This document shows, piece by piece, positions 31,701 to 38,861 of a DNA stretch of 43,235 bases. This DNA comes from a bacterium (GTDB lineage Bacteria > Bacteroidota > Bacteroidia > Bacteroidales > Bacteroidaceae). How positions within the stretch are numbered: the stretch's first letter is position 1; every line of letters starts with the position of its first letter. Made by a program: the position numbers and the translations under genes. The notes below the pieces were generated by a model. It made no database searches and had not been told where the DNA came from. It was given only the letters and a program-made list of their open reading frames with translations. Where the stretch lies: the NCBI GenBank assembly GCA_963644485.1, contig CAVIOP010000001.1:1-43235 (forward strand). Reading direction: 5' to 3'.

Positions 31701-32252
31701 GACGCCAAGACGTTCAACTATCCTGCCTCGTTGACAGCCTTCGTCCCCAAGAAGAGCATGGCACCACGCCAGCGCAGCGTCTACTCGCCTGTGGACCACC
31801 ATCAGTATCCGAGCAACATGACGATAACGGCGCGCGTCACCCTGGACGAGGAGGTGATGCAAGGGGCTGAGGTCGGTGTGTTTGTGGCCGATGAGTGCCG
31901 GGCTGCGGAAGTCACCGATGACAAGGGATATGCTTACTTCACTGTTCCTGGCGACGGCAAGTGTACGCTCCGGTTCAAGATGACACAGGGCGGACAGGAG
32001 TGGATGTCTGATGTTACGCTCGACTTTGCGGAAGATGCCATCTGTGGATCTTACAGGTTGCCTCTTGAGTTGACCTTTGGCAAGACCACTTGTGTGGATG
32101 GAGTCGGGGTCGATGATGATGCCGACACTCGTTGGTTTGACGTCAACGGCGTCATGCTCAGCAAGAGACCTTCAGCTCCGGGTGTGTATGTGCGTAGTAC
32201 GCATGACCCCAACACTGGACTGACCATAAGGAGAAAAGTGGTAATCAGATAA
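22719..32252 (+). CDS. Giant (3177 aa) secreted multidomain protein with FN3-like and LamG-like jellyroll domains and a T9SS-like C-terminal tail
   Basis: Long signal peptide ending VYA. FN3-like W/Y patterns. Three LamG signatures (FTGYIDEMRVF, GAIHELTLWD, FVGAVDEIRLWN, each followed by an LVAY/LIGY strand). Paired GWNW and VFVxDECR repeats. Tail WFDVNG...PGVYV...RKVVIR. Confidence 0.8.
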   Translation: MKENHHSQQRLSPPQVAKGKQCLSTPPWRHGLLAFLLLLMALAVPRHVYAGAHFGTDYGSNSYYNSRISHHPTVDEPWITVYFWFYDRVGGDGYFLHDETESGHSGPAVYVDGKYICSPDWELAWASGNGNASGLEDERGVSGWWGSTYNRNVDGVNYTVRFWDPRRVYDQYWVEMVIYMDKMAVATEHDIKIRGKWKLNGDGIQFEERTFRTQAIRNIFTDSPNYERTYGSLKVTRSTLNTSYGPTTVAMTTDASYYKNYGGKRYIDPSTLNKAVYKTYSKGASTYNGLTLSYDETDGASFYLYRQKSITVTPNDRPSTILFGWQEDMPYSYDAPRNVAATTDMWKKQILLTWQAFGGYYYANGTWSIYRYPDGHEEDKMKVASEIPYDTRKYTDDVPDYDQAYVYQIYFVPTNSPAGKLLDQKKATIQATLTRLFPINITDVVSDKKSITVKWQCPEFKGNESYSFKLLRTESKNGEPGDDWTEVATVNVTDKGKTQYEYTDTRDLKLCPTYIYKVQTTMLENKLFSSTNILEGRITGNSQVTAVNATKGDYNGLVKVSWEAEQVGSDVTRYEVARRVKCTDTWATIYKTSGTASSYYYEDQTALPGQYYDYKVVSITTCDGSDTRLEKSDDGFSRATGIVSGRITYGTGTAVAGTRVALVRGDGSQQQAGQFYALRVSGAGDGVFLGKDSETLNKYFASKPYTLQMMVRPDDSQTGTAPTILDLGGQLQLTLGVAEAQGYPLTLKSGSASAATGIYLQPDAFTSLTLAVDTTGAATVTAVNVNDTITVVSLADKLNAKVQFADADNTGLCLGGSYQSSAERAFTGYIDEMRVFSGKALSREEILANYNHTLCGTEDALVAYWPVDEGFSGQTTAYDYSKTSGVANGNHARLGAGTLPTDGIIPTSHQLGLFAMTDTQGNFVIRGVPFTGEGTNYMVIPALGVHEFSPTYSTRYVSASSLVHSGVDFTDVSSFPVSGTVFYEGTDYPVEGCTFYVDGTICSCDGELIQSAEDGTFTISVPIGDHFIQVKKDGHVFASAGRYPADPNGAGVKITFDREIKNMEFIDQTLVNFTGRVVGGSIEGEKSVGFGASHNNIGITELVLSPTNDRYRLNVVKKVNGTSYSYETNTAKATVQSATSTIASHSWRGVGDAAKKIFIRTDSLTGEFSAMVPPLMYHVESMKVVATGLSVGDATTVDATNPLVELTDTLVTEDGVHQEYAYNCKLSQTYHSAPSFTVTQRGHDDGAFGLSQYEIEDASGKLAIDDIYTIDTNGKVTYNYGGAIFESEENYTFDLKGFEEYVNHDVKNRPVASHVPLNGTVVTINNALSASQKVYLENNTAGKPAGSLVELESNQLQLDSLGCAVYQWKAGLPNITAPYSRTLSISYDIDDRTYNWDGSGMNGIILGSLPTGNNFVTSGPDMVEMILRDPPGTGSSAEWTSGSVTSTSSSKGSVWTSDSEVLTTTKFGVKVSSVKGTIGFGLISNLQSVHDLNVGVHVTTEGENANTWSRTVTTTRTIATSAAPEYVGANGDVFIGSATNIIYGLARDINFRRQAATGKAALELKDIITTGLDFKTMFNYTTNYVENVLLPNLRAMRNSLLQTIASTQGYNNTTDHPIYLTTLAADDPRFGSSNHDKKVWGAQAKEGVSTSGPSYTMVVPNKTESFQDSVEWCNSQIRIWESTLALNEKEKVLAYENREEHIDKNFSFDAGSSVNMSMQTEESSGTTHDCTVTGAVVLGTTFGVSINDTGVLWNISTQTGGGTHEVSESTTTELASFSYTLAEEGDDDALTVDVYKYGAYSPIFRTRGGQTSGPYEGEVKTKYYQPGTTIMEATMQIEMPQITVDVPVVSNVPTGSAANYTLRLTNASEIDEDVYYKLLMIDESNPDGAKITIDGMPLTDNRIIKIPAGETVTKAMQLWQTNTSVLDYKNIGIVLASQSQYDPTSTWDQIADTVYVTAQFVPSSSAVTMKLDHTTLNSQTGDDLNILFSQFDRDYHNLKAFRIQYRKQGDTDWTLVREYVLNEADKTQNNEMLPSTATVSYKLPMRNFSDGDYIFRVLSVSAYGNEEVCNSSEELALVKDMQRPQPLGMPTPANGILSPGDDVSVEFNENFLKGELTKAANFIVTGVLNGSEVSHATALGMTGTECAAQTEADINLAGKSFAIDAWVNLKGAGTLLAHGRGQQKFVAGVDDGRHLRVKIGDSVYTSKAEMPTGKWAYLTMSYAVTAKGCTLKAAVAEDATTTDLFTDQAVAAYDGNGPLAIGQGMTGAIHELTLWDEAHDMTAALMEKNKTKNPATRHLIGYWKMDEGEGTVVTDYARNRHLHLTGEHWYLNNENKAIALDGTSHLDIPTADVSPLAADNCAIELWMRADRQKGETQLLQAGEVSLWMTADGVLQLTSGANTLAAGATSLHDKDWHHVALNILRNGNAAVYVDGERTLATSVAAIGTTASDCMVVGARRTHAADGSYQYDRQFVGAVDEIRLWNATLTADLLKARSKKRLTGTEQGLVAYYPFETKTLDAYNQVVTVGTDDDMLRPGHKAVYADALAFTDVAPALREAPAETNVDFSFTASDNKIVINLNENPASLAACTLNFTVRDLRDVNGNRSLPVSWSAFVNNNELVWNENALVVTKRVGESLTFDATFANRGGKQQMWSLSGMPSWLKSSATYGTVDALGNETLTFEVTEATPVGKYEETLYLTDNDGITVPLTLIVTVDGDKPSWTVDKGRYESTMSIIATLSVLGQPSYDADDIVAVFVGDECRVVAHPSYNQRYDNSFVLLDVYGNAEDTGKPLVFKVYDASTGIMYPVTTTSQEVSFGANVLVGNYAEPLLIDAAGKMEQASLLNKGWNWMSFYVKADNMNVRDVFASVADGLETVKAKDVFANCDQGSWYGKTFDVDNRSMYKVRMAAPETLRLIGSQGSQDDRAITVVPGWNWIAYNHMQTASVADALAGMDPQDGDLVKGQYGFALFDGYEWTGSLKALVPGQGYMLKSVGTDAKTFNYPASLTAFVPKKSMAPRQRSVYSPVDHHQYPSNMTITARVTLDEEVMQGAEVGVFVADECRAAEVTDDKGYAYFTVPGDGKCTLRFKMTQGGQEWMSDVTLDFAEDAICGSYRLPLELTFGKTTCVDGVGVDDDADTRWFDVNGVMLSKRPSAPGVYVRSTHDPNTGLTIRRKVVIR

Positions 32253-32295
32253 GCATTCTTGTATTTTGCGGTGATGATTTGTAAAATCCACCTAT

Positions 32296-32350
32296 AAAAA
32301 AGAAGGCGTGCGACTGAGCCCCGGTGGGGATCAGTTGCGCGCCTTCCTTT
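32296..32350. terminator. Bidirectional rho-independent terminator
   Basis: GAAGGCGTGCGACTGA-GCCCC/GGGGA-TCAGTTGCGCGCCTTC stem, flanked by an A-run and CTTT, between convergent genes. Confidence 0.8.
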
Positions 32351-32375
32351 GTGGGGAACCCGCAAACATGCAGGA

Positions 32376-33278
32376 TTATAATCCCCACCAGTTGAGGTCG
32401 AGCTTCGACTCAACAGTGTTCTCCGTGTCGTCGGGCAGATTGCAGAAGTAATCGATGCCCGTGAGCTGTTCCAGCTGGTCGATGGTCACGGCATAGGTGC
32501 GCAGCTTGGTGTCGCTGTTTGCCTTGTGTTCAAACCACAGGCCGAGGGCATGATACTTGCCGCTCTTCACTGCGAGTACGGCCACATAGTAGTACTTGGG
32601 CACAATAAGGCCGCTGTAGGTGTAACCGTCTATGTTGCTTTCGCTATCAATGGTGCCACCCTTGCAGACATAGAGCACATCGCGATAGGTACTGGTGTTC
32701 CAGGTGTTTCGCAGGGTGTTCTCCATGGTGAGCCAGATGCCCTCGTTGAATTCGGATCTCTGCGGTTGTATATTGCTTAAATAAAAAGTCTGCTCGTTGG
32801 CTTCCTTCGAGTTGAGGCGGTCGGCCGAAGGGCAGATGTGTCCGCGGTTGTAGCCCGAGTACATGTAGTCGGCCAGCGTGGTGCGGTAGGGTTTGGGTAT
32901 GATGGTGTCCTCCTGGAAGGGGTCGCCCTCCCACTCCGTGTTCTTCCAGTTGTTGCGGTTCCAATTGGTGCTGCTGTTGGTGGCGTTCATCTGGTAGCAG
33001 GTCCAGCGCTGTGCTTTCTTGTCGCAGTCCCACTCCACAGCGAAGTTGACCCCATACTTATCTACGGTGTGCACCAGTACGAGGTTGTTGCCGGTGGTCT
33101 TGAGGTGTGGGAACTCCAAACGGCCGTAGTTTGTGTTGACGGTGGTAGGGTTGGCGTTGGTGTTGGCGCCTGTCTCGGTGTTGTTCTTTTTCTTGGGCAG
33201 GATATCGTCTTCCTGACATGAGAAGCAGGCGAAGACCAGAGCCAGCAGTGCGAGGGAGGCAATGCGAATTTGTTTCAT
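32376..33278 (-). CDS. DNA/RNA non-specific endonuclease lipoprotein (His-Me finger, NucA/EndA family)
   Basis: Lipobox CFSC followed by QEDD; catalytic YNRGHICPSAD, TFYLSNIQPQ, FNEGIW..ME and VPKYYY motifs. ATG at 33278. Confidence 0.92.
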   Translation of the reverse strand: MKQIRIASLALLALVFACFSCQEDDILPKKKNNTETGANTNANPTTVNTNYGRLEFPHLKTTGNNLVLVHTVDKYGVNFAVEWDCDKKAQRWTCYQMNATNSSTNWNRNNWKNTEWEGDPFQEDTIIPKPYRTTLADYMYSGYNRGHICPSADRLNSKEANEQTFYLSNIQPQRSEFNEGIWLTMENTLRNTWNTSTYRDVLYVCKGGTIDSESNIDGYTYSGLIVPKYYYVAVLAVKSGKYHALGLWFEHKANSDTKLRTYAVTIDQLEQLTGIDYFCNLPDDTENTVESKLDLNWWGL

Positions 33279-33328
33279 GGTGTGGTGGGTATGGAGGTTA
33301 GTGTGGTGCAGGAAGGAAAGAAAACGGC

Positions 33329-33375
33329 AAAAAGTGCGGTGGAACGCATATGCAACTACGTTCGACCGCACTTTT
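33329..33375 (-). terminator. Rho-independent terminator of the L31 gene
   Basis: AAAAGTGCGGT.GAACG ... CGTTC.ACCGCACTTTT inverted repeat with T-runs, 35 nt past the L31 stop. Confidence 0.75.
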
Positions 33376-33410
33376 CAATGCTTTTACCGCATGTAATTGT
33401 ATGTCGAGTA

Positions 33411-33662
33411 TTACTTCTTCAACTTACCGTAACGGTTCATGAAGCGGTCAACGCGGCCAGCTGTGTCAACCAGCTTGCTCTTGCCAGTGTAGAACGGGTG
33501 GGAGGTGCTTGAGATTTCGACCTTTACCACGGGGTAAGTCTCGCCTTCAAACTCTACTGTGTCATTGGTCTTGCATGTAGACTTTGTAAGGAACATATCG
33601 CCGTTGGACATGTCCTTGAACACGACGGGGCGATAGTTTTCTGGGTGAATACCTTTTTTCAT
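33411..33662 (-). CDS. rpmE2: 50S ribosomal protein L31 type B
   Basis: [17 protein letters not shown]...[13 protein letters not shown]...DTAGRVDRF; lacks Zn-binding CxxC motifs; 83 aa. Confidence 0.96.
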   Translation of the reverse strand: MKKGIHPENYRPVVFKDMSNGDMFLTKSTCKTNDTVEFEGETYPVVKVEISSTSHPFYTGKSKLVDTAGRVDRFMNRYGKLKK

Positions 33663-33713
33663 TTTGTTTATTGTTGTAATGATGATTAATATGCTATATA
33701 CAATTAGCGGGTA

Positions 33714-33721
33714 CAAAATTA
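33714..33721 (-). promoter_or_regulatory. -7 promoter element (TAATTTTG) for L31
   Basis: Reverse complement of CAAAATTA upstream of the L31 start. Confidence 0.6.
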
Positions 33722-33774
33722 CGAAGAATTCTGCAACCCGCCAAAGGTTTACGTTGGTTTTTGCTAAACTTTTC

Positions 33775-35235
33775 TTACTTTACCACTACGTTCTTCAATC
33801 TCCATTCAGGAGCAGACTCGCTGGTGCTGGTATACTGGAAGGCCACATAGACGGTCTTCTGGCCGGCAAAGGCTCTCATGTCGCAGGTGGTGCTGAGGAA
33901 CGTCCATGAGGAACCGTCGGGATAGCCCGACGGGGTGAGGCGTGTCCAGTTGGTGCCGTCGGTAGAGGCCAGCACCTGCAGCTCATCGGCAGCATTGTTC
34001 ATATACTTGGCAGCCTGGTCGTAGGTCAGCCGGGCGGTGTTCAGTCCCTCGAGGCTGAAGGCCGGCGAGACTATCATGCTCTGCGCAGGGCAGTTGGTTT
34101 TTTTATCCTTATTATAGCCATTTGCCTTCATACATTTATTATTACTGTCATACACCCACACATCGGTCAGTCCGTCGCTGAGCGAGATGTTCTTGATGGT
34201 GAAGCCCTCGTCGCTGCTCTCAAACGTGGCGTTCAGGCCTGTGGCGGCAGGCTCTTCCTCGCCCTCGCCGCTGACAGAGATGAGCGTGTTGTTCCTGTCC
34301 ATCTCGGCTTTGCCGTTGTAGGCCTTCAGGGTTCCCTTCACCACCACGGTCTGGCCTTTCTTCAGGTCGCTCTTCGATGTGAAGTCGGCGCCGCCGATGC
34401 CCTTGCCCGAATAGATCTGCAGGGTGTTGGTGTCGGTGCCGTCGTCTGAGATATAGTAAGACAGGCTGTGGTAGGTCTCGTTGTAGTAGTCGACCAATGA
34501 AATGATGCCCTTGACGTAGGCCTGGCCGCTGAGTGCCTCGCCGCCGTTGTCGTTGATCTTCTGAATGGCCTCAGCCACGGTCCATGCTGTCTCGGGGGTG
34601 TTGAGGTCGGTGTTCTCTGTGGCGCCGCTCTCTTCCACCTGTCCTTCCTTCATGACAAGGTTCTTCACTTCGATGGTCGAGGAGGATGTGGTGCACGAGT
34701 ACATCAGCGCCACCACCACACTGCTCTTGCCGATGAAGGCCGTGGGGATGTTCTTCTTATAGGTAGAGAAGGTGTCCCAGTCGGAGCCTTCGGTCAGCGT
34801 GCCGGTGATGTCGGTCCAGTTGGTAGTGGTGGGGTTGCCGGTGTAGGCATCGGTGATGAGCACCTTGTTCTCGGTCACGCCAGAGGTGACGTAGCGCAGG
34901 ATATAGTCGAACTGCAGGTAGGCACCCGTGCTCTTCGACAGGTCGATGGCTGTAGAGATGAGGTATGCCTCCGACTCGGTTGTTGCGCTGTTGTCGTAGC
35001 CCGTGGCCTTGGCTGTGCTGTAGTTGATGACCCAGGGCGTGCCTTTCACGGTGTAAGCAGAGAACTTGCCGAAATCGCTGGCAAACGACTCGTCGAGATA
35101 CACGCCGGTGGTGATCTCGCCGCCGTTGTCGTTGTCGTCGCTGGTGGGGTCGCTGTAAGGCATGGGCACATCGGAGCATGCCGTGAATGCGCAGATGGCC
35201 ATCAGGGCCATGGCTGATTTGAATATCGCTTTCAT
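33775..35235 (-). CDS. Surface lipoprotein: two cleaved-adhesin/choice-of-anchor-J-like beta-sandwich domains flanking an OB-fold-like domain
   Basis: Lipobox FTAC followed by SD. Repeated domain (LISTAIDLS / [21 protein letters not shown] / RLKNV). Central TVAEAI...YVKGII...YYISDD...[18 protein letters not shown] is OB-fold-like. Confidence 0.7.
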   Translation of the reverse strand: MKAIFKSAMALMAICAFTACSDVPMPYSDPTSDDNDNGGEITTGVYLDESFASDFGKFSAYTVKGTPWVINYSTAKATGYDNSATTESEAYLISTAIDLSKSTGAYLQFDYILRYVTSGVTENKVLITDAYTGNPTTTNWTDITGTLTEGSDWDTFSTYKKNIPTAFIGKSSVVVALMYSCTTSSSTIEVKNLVMKEGQVEESGATENTDLNTPETAWTVAEAIQKINDNGGEALSGQAYVKGIISLVDYYNETYHSLSYYISDDGTDTNTLQIYSGKGIGGADFTSKSDLKKGQTVVVKGTLKAYNGKAEMDRNNTLISVSGEGEEEPAATGLNATFESSDEGFTIKNISLSDGLTDVWVYDSNNKCMKANGYNKDKKTNCPAQSMIVSPAFSLEGLNTARLTYDQAAKYMNNAADELQVLASTDGTNWTRLTPSGYPDGSSWTFLSTTCDMRAFAGQKTVYVAFQYTSTSESAPEWRLKNVVVK

Positions 35236-35290
35236 GATAGTTGTATTCTGATTGATGGTTGGTGATTTTGTTGATGTAGCGTAGCGGTTA

Positions 35291-36139
35291 TTATTTCACC
35301 ACTTTGATGTCGCTTGTCTTGCGGATAAGGATCTGCCAGGTGTTGTTGTAGCGTGTGGCGATGCCCGTCACGTCGACGGTGGCGGCCTTGTGGTTCACGC
35401 TGTCGTAGGGCAGCACCATGGCGGCAAAGTCGGCGTAGGTGCTGGTGCGCACCACGACGTCGGAGCCATACTCGTTGAGCGACTGGTTGACGGCATTGCC
35501 CGAGGCGGTGCCTGTGGTGAAGGTGGTCTTGCCGTCGGCGTTCTTGAACGTCACGTTCTTCAGCGTTACGAGTTTGGCACAGTTGGCATCCCGGTCGTCC
35601 TGGATGGTTTTGAAGTCGACAGCCTTGATGACCGTGGTGTCTACCGAACCCGTAATCTTGAAGTGCTCGGCCCAGATGTCTTTCGACATGCGTCCGATAC
35701 TGTTGCCGTTGTAGGGGGCACCAATCTCGGGCTGCCGGCGGTAGCCGCCGATGTAGAGGTCCTTCAGGTCTACGAGGATTTCGGCGCCCTCGGCCAGATA
35801 GCCGTTGAGACCGCCGTCGTTGATGGCGATGATGATGGCTGCCGAGTTGTCTTGCAGGGTCACCTGCTTATAGATGTTGCCGCCGAGGTCGTTGCCGGTG
35901 ATGCGGCCCTTGATCTGGATGTCTTCGGTGATTTTGACGTTCTGGTCAGTGCCCGCGAAGACGTTGGGGTATCGTTTGATGAGCTCGCGGATAGAGATGA
36001 CGTTGTGCTCTGTGATGCTGTTGTTGCCGAAAGGAGCGCCGTCGTCGAAGTTGGGCTCGTCCCAGTCGCCGTCCATGCAGCTTGTGAAAAGTCCGCACAC
36101 CAGGGCGATGAGGAAAAGGTATGTTGCTTTTATTTTCAT
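35291..36139 (-). CDS. DUF5689-like lipoprotein (tandem OB-fold type)
   Basis: Lipobox FTSC; IKGRITGNDLGGNIYKQVTLQD, LVTLKNVTF, VRTSTYADFA and WQILIR...DI motifs. Confidence 0.8.
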   Translation of the reverse strand: MKIKATYLFLIALVCGLFTSCMDGDWDEPNFDDGAPFGNNSITEHNVISIRELIKRYPNVFAGTDQNVKITEDIQIKGRITGNDLGGNIYKQVTLQDNSAAIIIAINDGGLNGYLAEGAEILVDLKDLYIGGYRRQPEIGAPYNGNSIGRMSKDIWAEHFKITGSVDTTVIKAVDFKTIQDDRDANCAKLVTLKNVTFKNADGKTTFTTGTASGNAVNQSLNEYGSDVVVRTSTYADFAAMVLPYDSVNHKAATVDVTGIATRYNNTWQILIRKTSDIKVVK

Positions 36140-36153
36140 GTCGTTCTCCTTCT

Positions 36154-38709
36154 TTAGAATTTATAAGTGACGATAATCATGCCGTTGATGCCGTTGGCAT
36201 AGAACTTCTTCGGGTTGTTGAGGAAGTTGTAGGTGCGTATGGCCTCGCCGCTCTCGTCGTAGGTCTGTCGGTTCTGCTCCATGCCGCCGGTGACGAGTTT
36301 GCGGTTGTTGAGCACGTTGGTCAGCGTCAGGTTGATGGAGAGTGAGTTCTTGCCCACGTAGATGCTCTTGCCGATGGAGGCGTCGAGCATGAATCCGCCG
36401 TGTCCCTTGGCCTGCGAGGGTACCTGGCTCACGTCGTGCATGGCCTCGTCGTTCTCGTCCATCACGATGTTGCCGCTCTCGTCCTTGAGCGTGGGGAGAT
36501 TCTTGTAGTAGCGGGTGACGGGGGTGTAATAGAGGTATATGCGGTCGTAGTAGTTGCCGATGAGGTCGATGTACCAGCCGCCTGAGTGGTAGGCCAGGTC
36601 GATGGAGTAGGCCGACAGCGGTGTGCCGCCCTCACGCATGTTCTTGTTGACCACGAAGTCGTTGTAGTATTTGCCGTCGTTGGAGAGCATGTAGGTGGCG
36701 CGGGCGTTGTTGGCGTACTTGGCCTCGCTGACGGTGGCCAGCGCGTTGATGTTGAATGTGGACGACAACTTGAAATCGAGGCCCAGTTCCACGCCATAGT
36801 ACTGCTTGTTGATGCCCGTGATCGACACATATGAGAAGGAGTTGCTGGTGTCGTAGTAGTACATGCTGTACTCGGTGACGTTGACCAGTCGGCTGAAGTA
36901 GCCCTGCAGGTTGGCGTGCAGCCAACTGTTCTGATACTGGTAGCCCAGTTCGGCCGAGAAGATCTTCTCGGTGGCCAGGCCTTCCACAAAGTCGTTGTTG
37001 ATCTGCGGCGAGGCGAAGGCCACGCGGGCGTCAGGAGCCTTCCACTCGTAGCCCACTCCGAGCGACAGCGTGTTGCCGTTGCCGAGGCGCAGGTTGGCAC
37101 CGCCTTTTGCGCCGCCGTCGAGGAATGAGGCCGTGCCGCTCTTACCGAGCGAGTTGTTGATGGCCAGTCCGTTCTGCATCTTACCTTCGCGCTGCAGTGT
37201 GGTGCCGGCAATCTTTCCGCTGATGAAGAAGCGTGCCCAGTCCACCTCGGCCTGGTAGCCCGCCCATGCCTGTGCACGGTTCACGTAGATGTTGTAGTCG
37301 TAGCCGAAGCGGTCGCCCTCATGCACCAGCTTGTTGCCGTCGCGCACGTCGTAGAGGGCTCGCGGGTCGCTGATGTCGTAGGTGCCAACCACATAGTAGT
37401 TGGTGTTGTGCAACTGCGTGGCCCCCAGCAGGTCTTCCATGGTCTGGTAGTGCATGCCCTTGTTGGTGCTGAGGTTAATGCCGGCGTTGAGGAAGCTGTG
37501 CTGCGTGAGGTCCTTGTGGAGGTTCGACGAAAGGGTCAGTGCCAGTTGGTCGTCGTGGTAGGCCTGCTGGTAATACATGGCATCGGCGCCCTGCGCAGCC
37601 GCCATCTTGTTGGCATAGTAGAGTTTGTCCCAGTTGATTTGCCGGTTGGCCTTCGATGCCTGGAAGAAATTCACGGCAGACTGCCAGGCCTCCAAGTCAG
37701 AGGAACTTGTCGATCCGCTTCCGCCCCATACGTCGTAGAAGTAGCTCGGCATGAGGCTGTAGTAGTCGGGTGCGGGGTTGGTGGCGTTGTTGTAGTTCAG
37801 ACGTGTGCTGCTGTACATGGAATACTTGCCGAGCAGCGATGTGGTCAGTTTCGTCTTGTCATCAATCTTGAAGTCCCAGGTCAGCAAGGCGGCCGGGGCA
37901 AAGTCGTTCACGATGCGGCTGCTGCGCTTCTTGCCGTTCTGGTATCCCCAGTTGGGGTTGTAGCAGTAGTTGTTGGCCAGCCAGTACATCTCGTCGGTCG
38001 ATGCACTTTGTGTGGCGCGCTCCGTAGGATTTCCCCATGTGACAAGCGAGAGGGAGTGCTGAGCGTTGAACACCTTTTCCACTCCGAGAAAATAGGAGAG
38101 CGAGTTATAGAAAGTCCCCTCCACATATCCGCGATTGGCCCAACGGTAGGTGAGTGCTGCCGACCATGCCCATCCGTTCTCGTTGAGGCCGGAGTTGTAG
38201 GAGTACATGGCGCGGGCTGTATAGTTGCGGTTGGCAGCGGCCAGCGAGATGCGCTGTCCGACAGGCATGGCCGACGGGCGGAAATTGTAGTTGTTGCTTC
38301 CTCCCAGTCCTGTCATGGAGAAATTGTTTGTCTCGAAGGGCAGCGCCGACTCTACGCTGCGTGTCTGGTTGTTCAGTCCTCCGACAAAAGAGTATTTGAA
38401 CTCGCCGCGCTCAAGGTCGTTGACCGGGTTTCCGTTGATGTAGATGTCGTTGTACTTGGCGTTGTACGCCCTGTACTTGAACCTCATTGGGCTCCACCTG
38501 TAGCCCACCTGACTGGCATAGGCGTTGGTGCTGGACGAGATGATCGACACGCTCTGTGTCACATTCTCATCCTCACCCAGCTGAGCTTCGGTGAACGTGA
38601 ATGCCTGCTCGCCGATGGAGATGGTTGGTTGGCCGATGGAGTCAGACTGTCCCCAGGCCTGATGAGCCACTCCCATGGCTACCAGCGCAAATAGAAGCTT
38701 TTTCTGCAT
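36154..38709 (-). CDS. TonB-dependent-type outer-membrane transporter (non-SusC)
   Basis: Signal peptide; plug-like RFKYRAY...IYING.P.ND...GGLN region; amphipathic beta strands; C-terminal YKF; 851 aa. Confidence 0.8.
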   Translation of the reverse strand: MQKKLLFALVAMGVAHQAWGQSDSIGQPTISIGEQAFTFTEAQLGEDENVTQSVSIISSSTNAYASQVGYRWSPMRFKYRAYNAKYNDIYINGNPVNDLERGEFKYSFVGGLNNQTRSVESALPFETNNFSMTGLGGSNNYNFRPSAMPVGQRISLAAANRNYTARAMYSYNSGLNENGWAWSAALTYRWANRGYVEGTFYNSLSYFLGVEKVFNAQHSLSLVTWGNPTERATQSASTDEMYWLANNYCYNPNWGYQNGKKRSSRIVNDFAPAALLTWDFKIDDKTKLTTSLLGKYSMYSSTRLNYNNATNPAPDYYSLMPSYFYDVWGGSGSTSSSDLEAWQSAVNFFQASKANRQINWDKLYYANKMAAAQGADAMYYQQAYHDDQLALTLSSNLHKDLTQHSFLNAGINLSTNKGMHYQTMEDLLGATQLHNTNYYVVGTYDISDPRALYDVRDGNKLVHEGDRFGYDYNIYVNRAQAWAGYQAEVDWARFFISGKIAGTTLQREGKMQNGLAINNSLGKSGTASFLDGGAKGGANLRLGNGNTLSLGVGYEWKAPDARVAFASPQINNDFVEGLATEKIFSAELGYQYQNSWLHANLQGYFSRLVNVTEYSMYYYDTSNSFSYVSITGINKQYYGVELGLDFKLSSTFNINALATVSEAKYANNARATYMLSNDGKYYNDFVVNKNMREGGTPLSAYSIDLAYHSGGWYIDLIGNYYDRIYLYYTPVTRYYKNLPTLKDESGNIVMDENDEAMHDVSQVPSQAKGHGGFMLDASIGKSIYVGKNSLSINLTLTNVLNNRKLVTGGMEQNRQTYDESGEAIRTYNFLNNPKKFYANGINGMIIVTYKF

Positions 38710-38861
38710 AGTTGATGGATATAATGTTAATGCGTAATAATATATGTTGCAAAGTAACGAAATATATTCCAAATACAGAAGTCTTTATTATTATTTTTTT
38801 GCGAAATATGACGTTTGTTTGGATATTAATTGCGATATTTGCAGAAAAATTACAGACTAGG

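Noticed and set aside
22719..35235. Diversity-generating retroelement behind the composition anomalies
   Set aside because: No reverse transcriptase ORF and no template/variable repeat pair differing at adenines was seen.
36154..38709. Classical SusC/SusD polysaccharide utilization locus
   Set aside because: The transporter lacks SusC signature motifs, no SusD-like gene follows, and the neighbours are nucleases rather than glycosidases.
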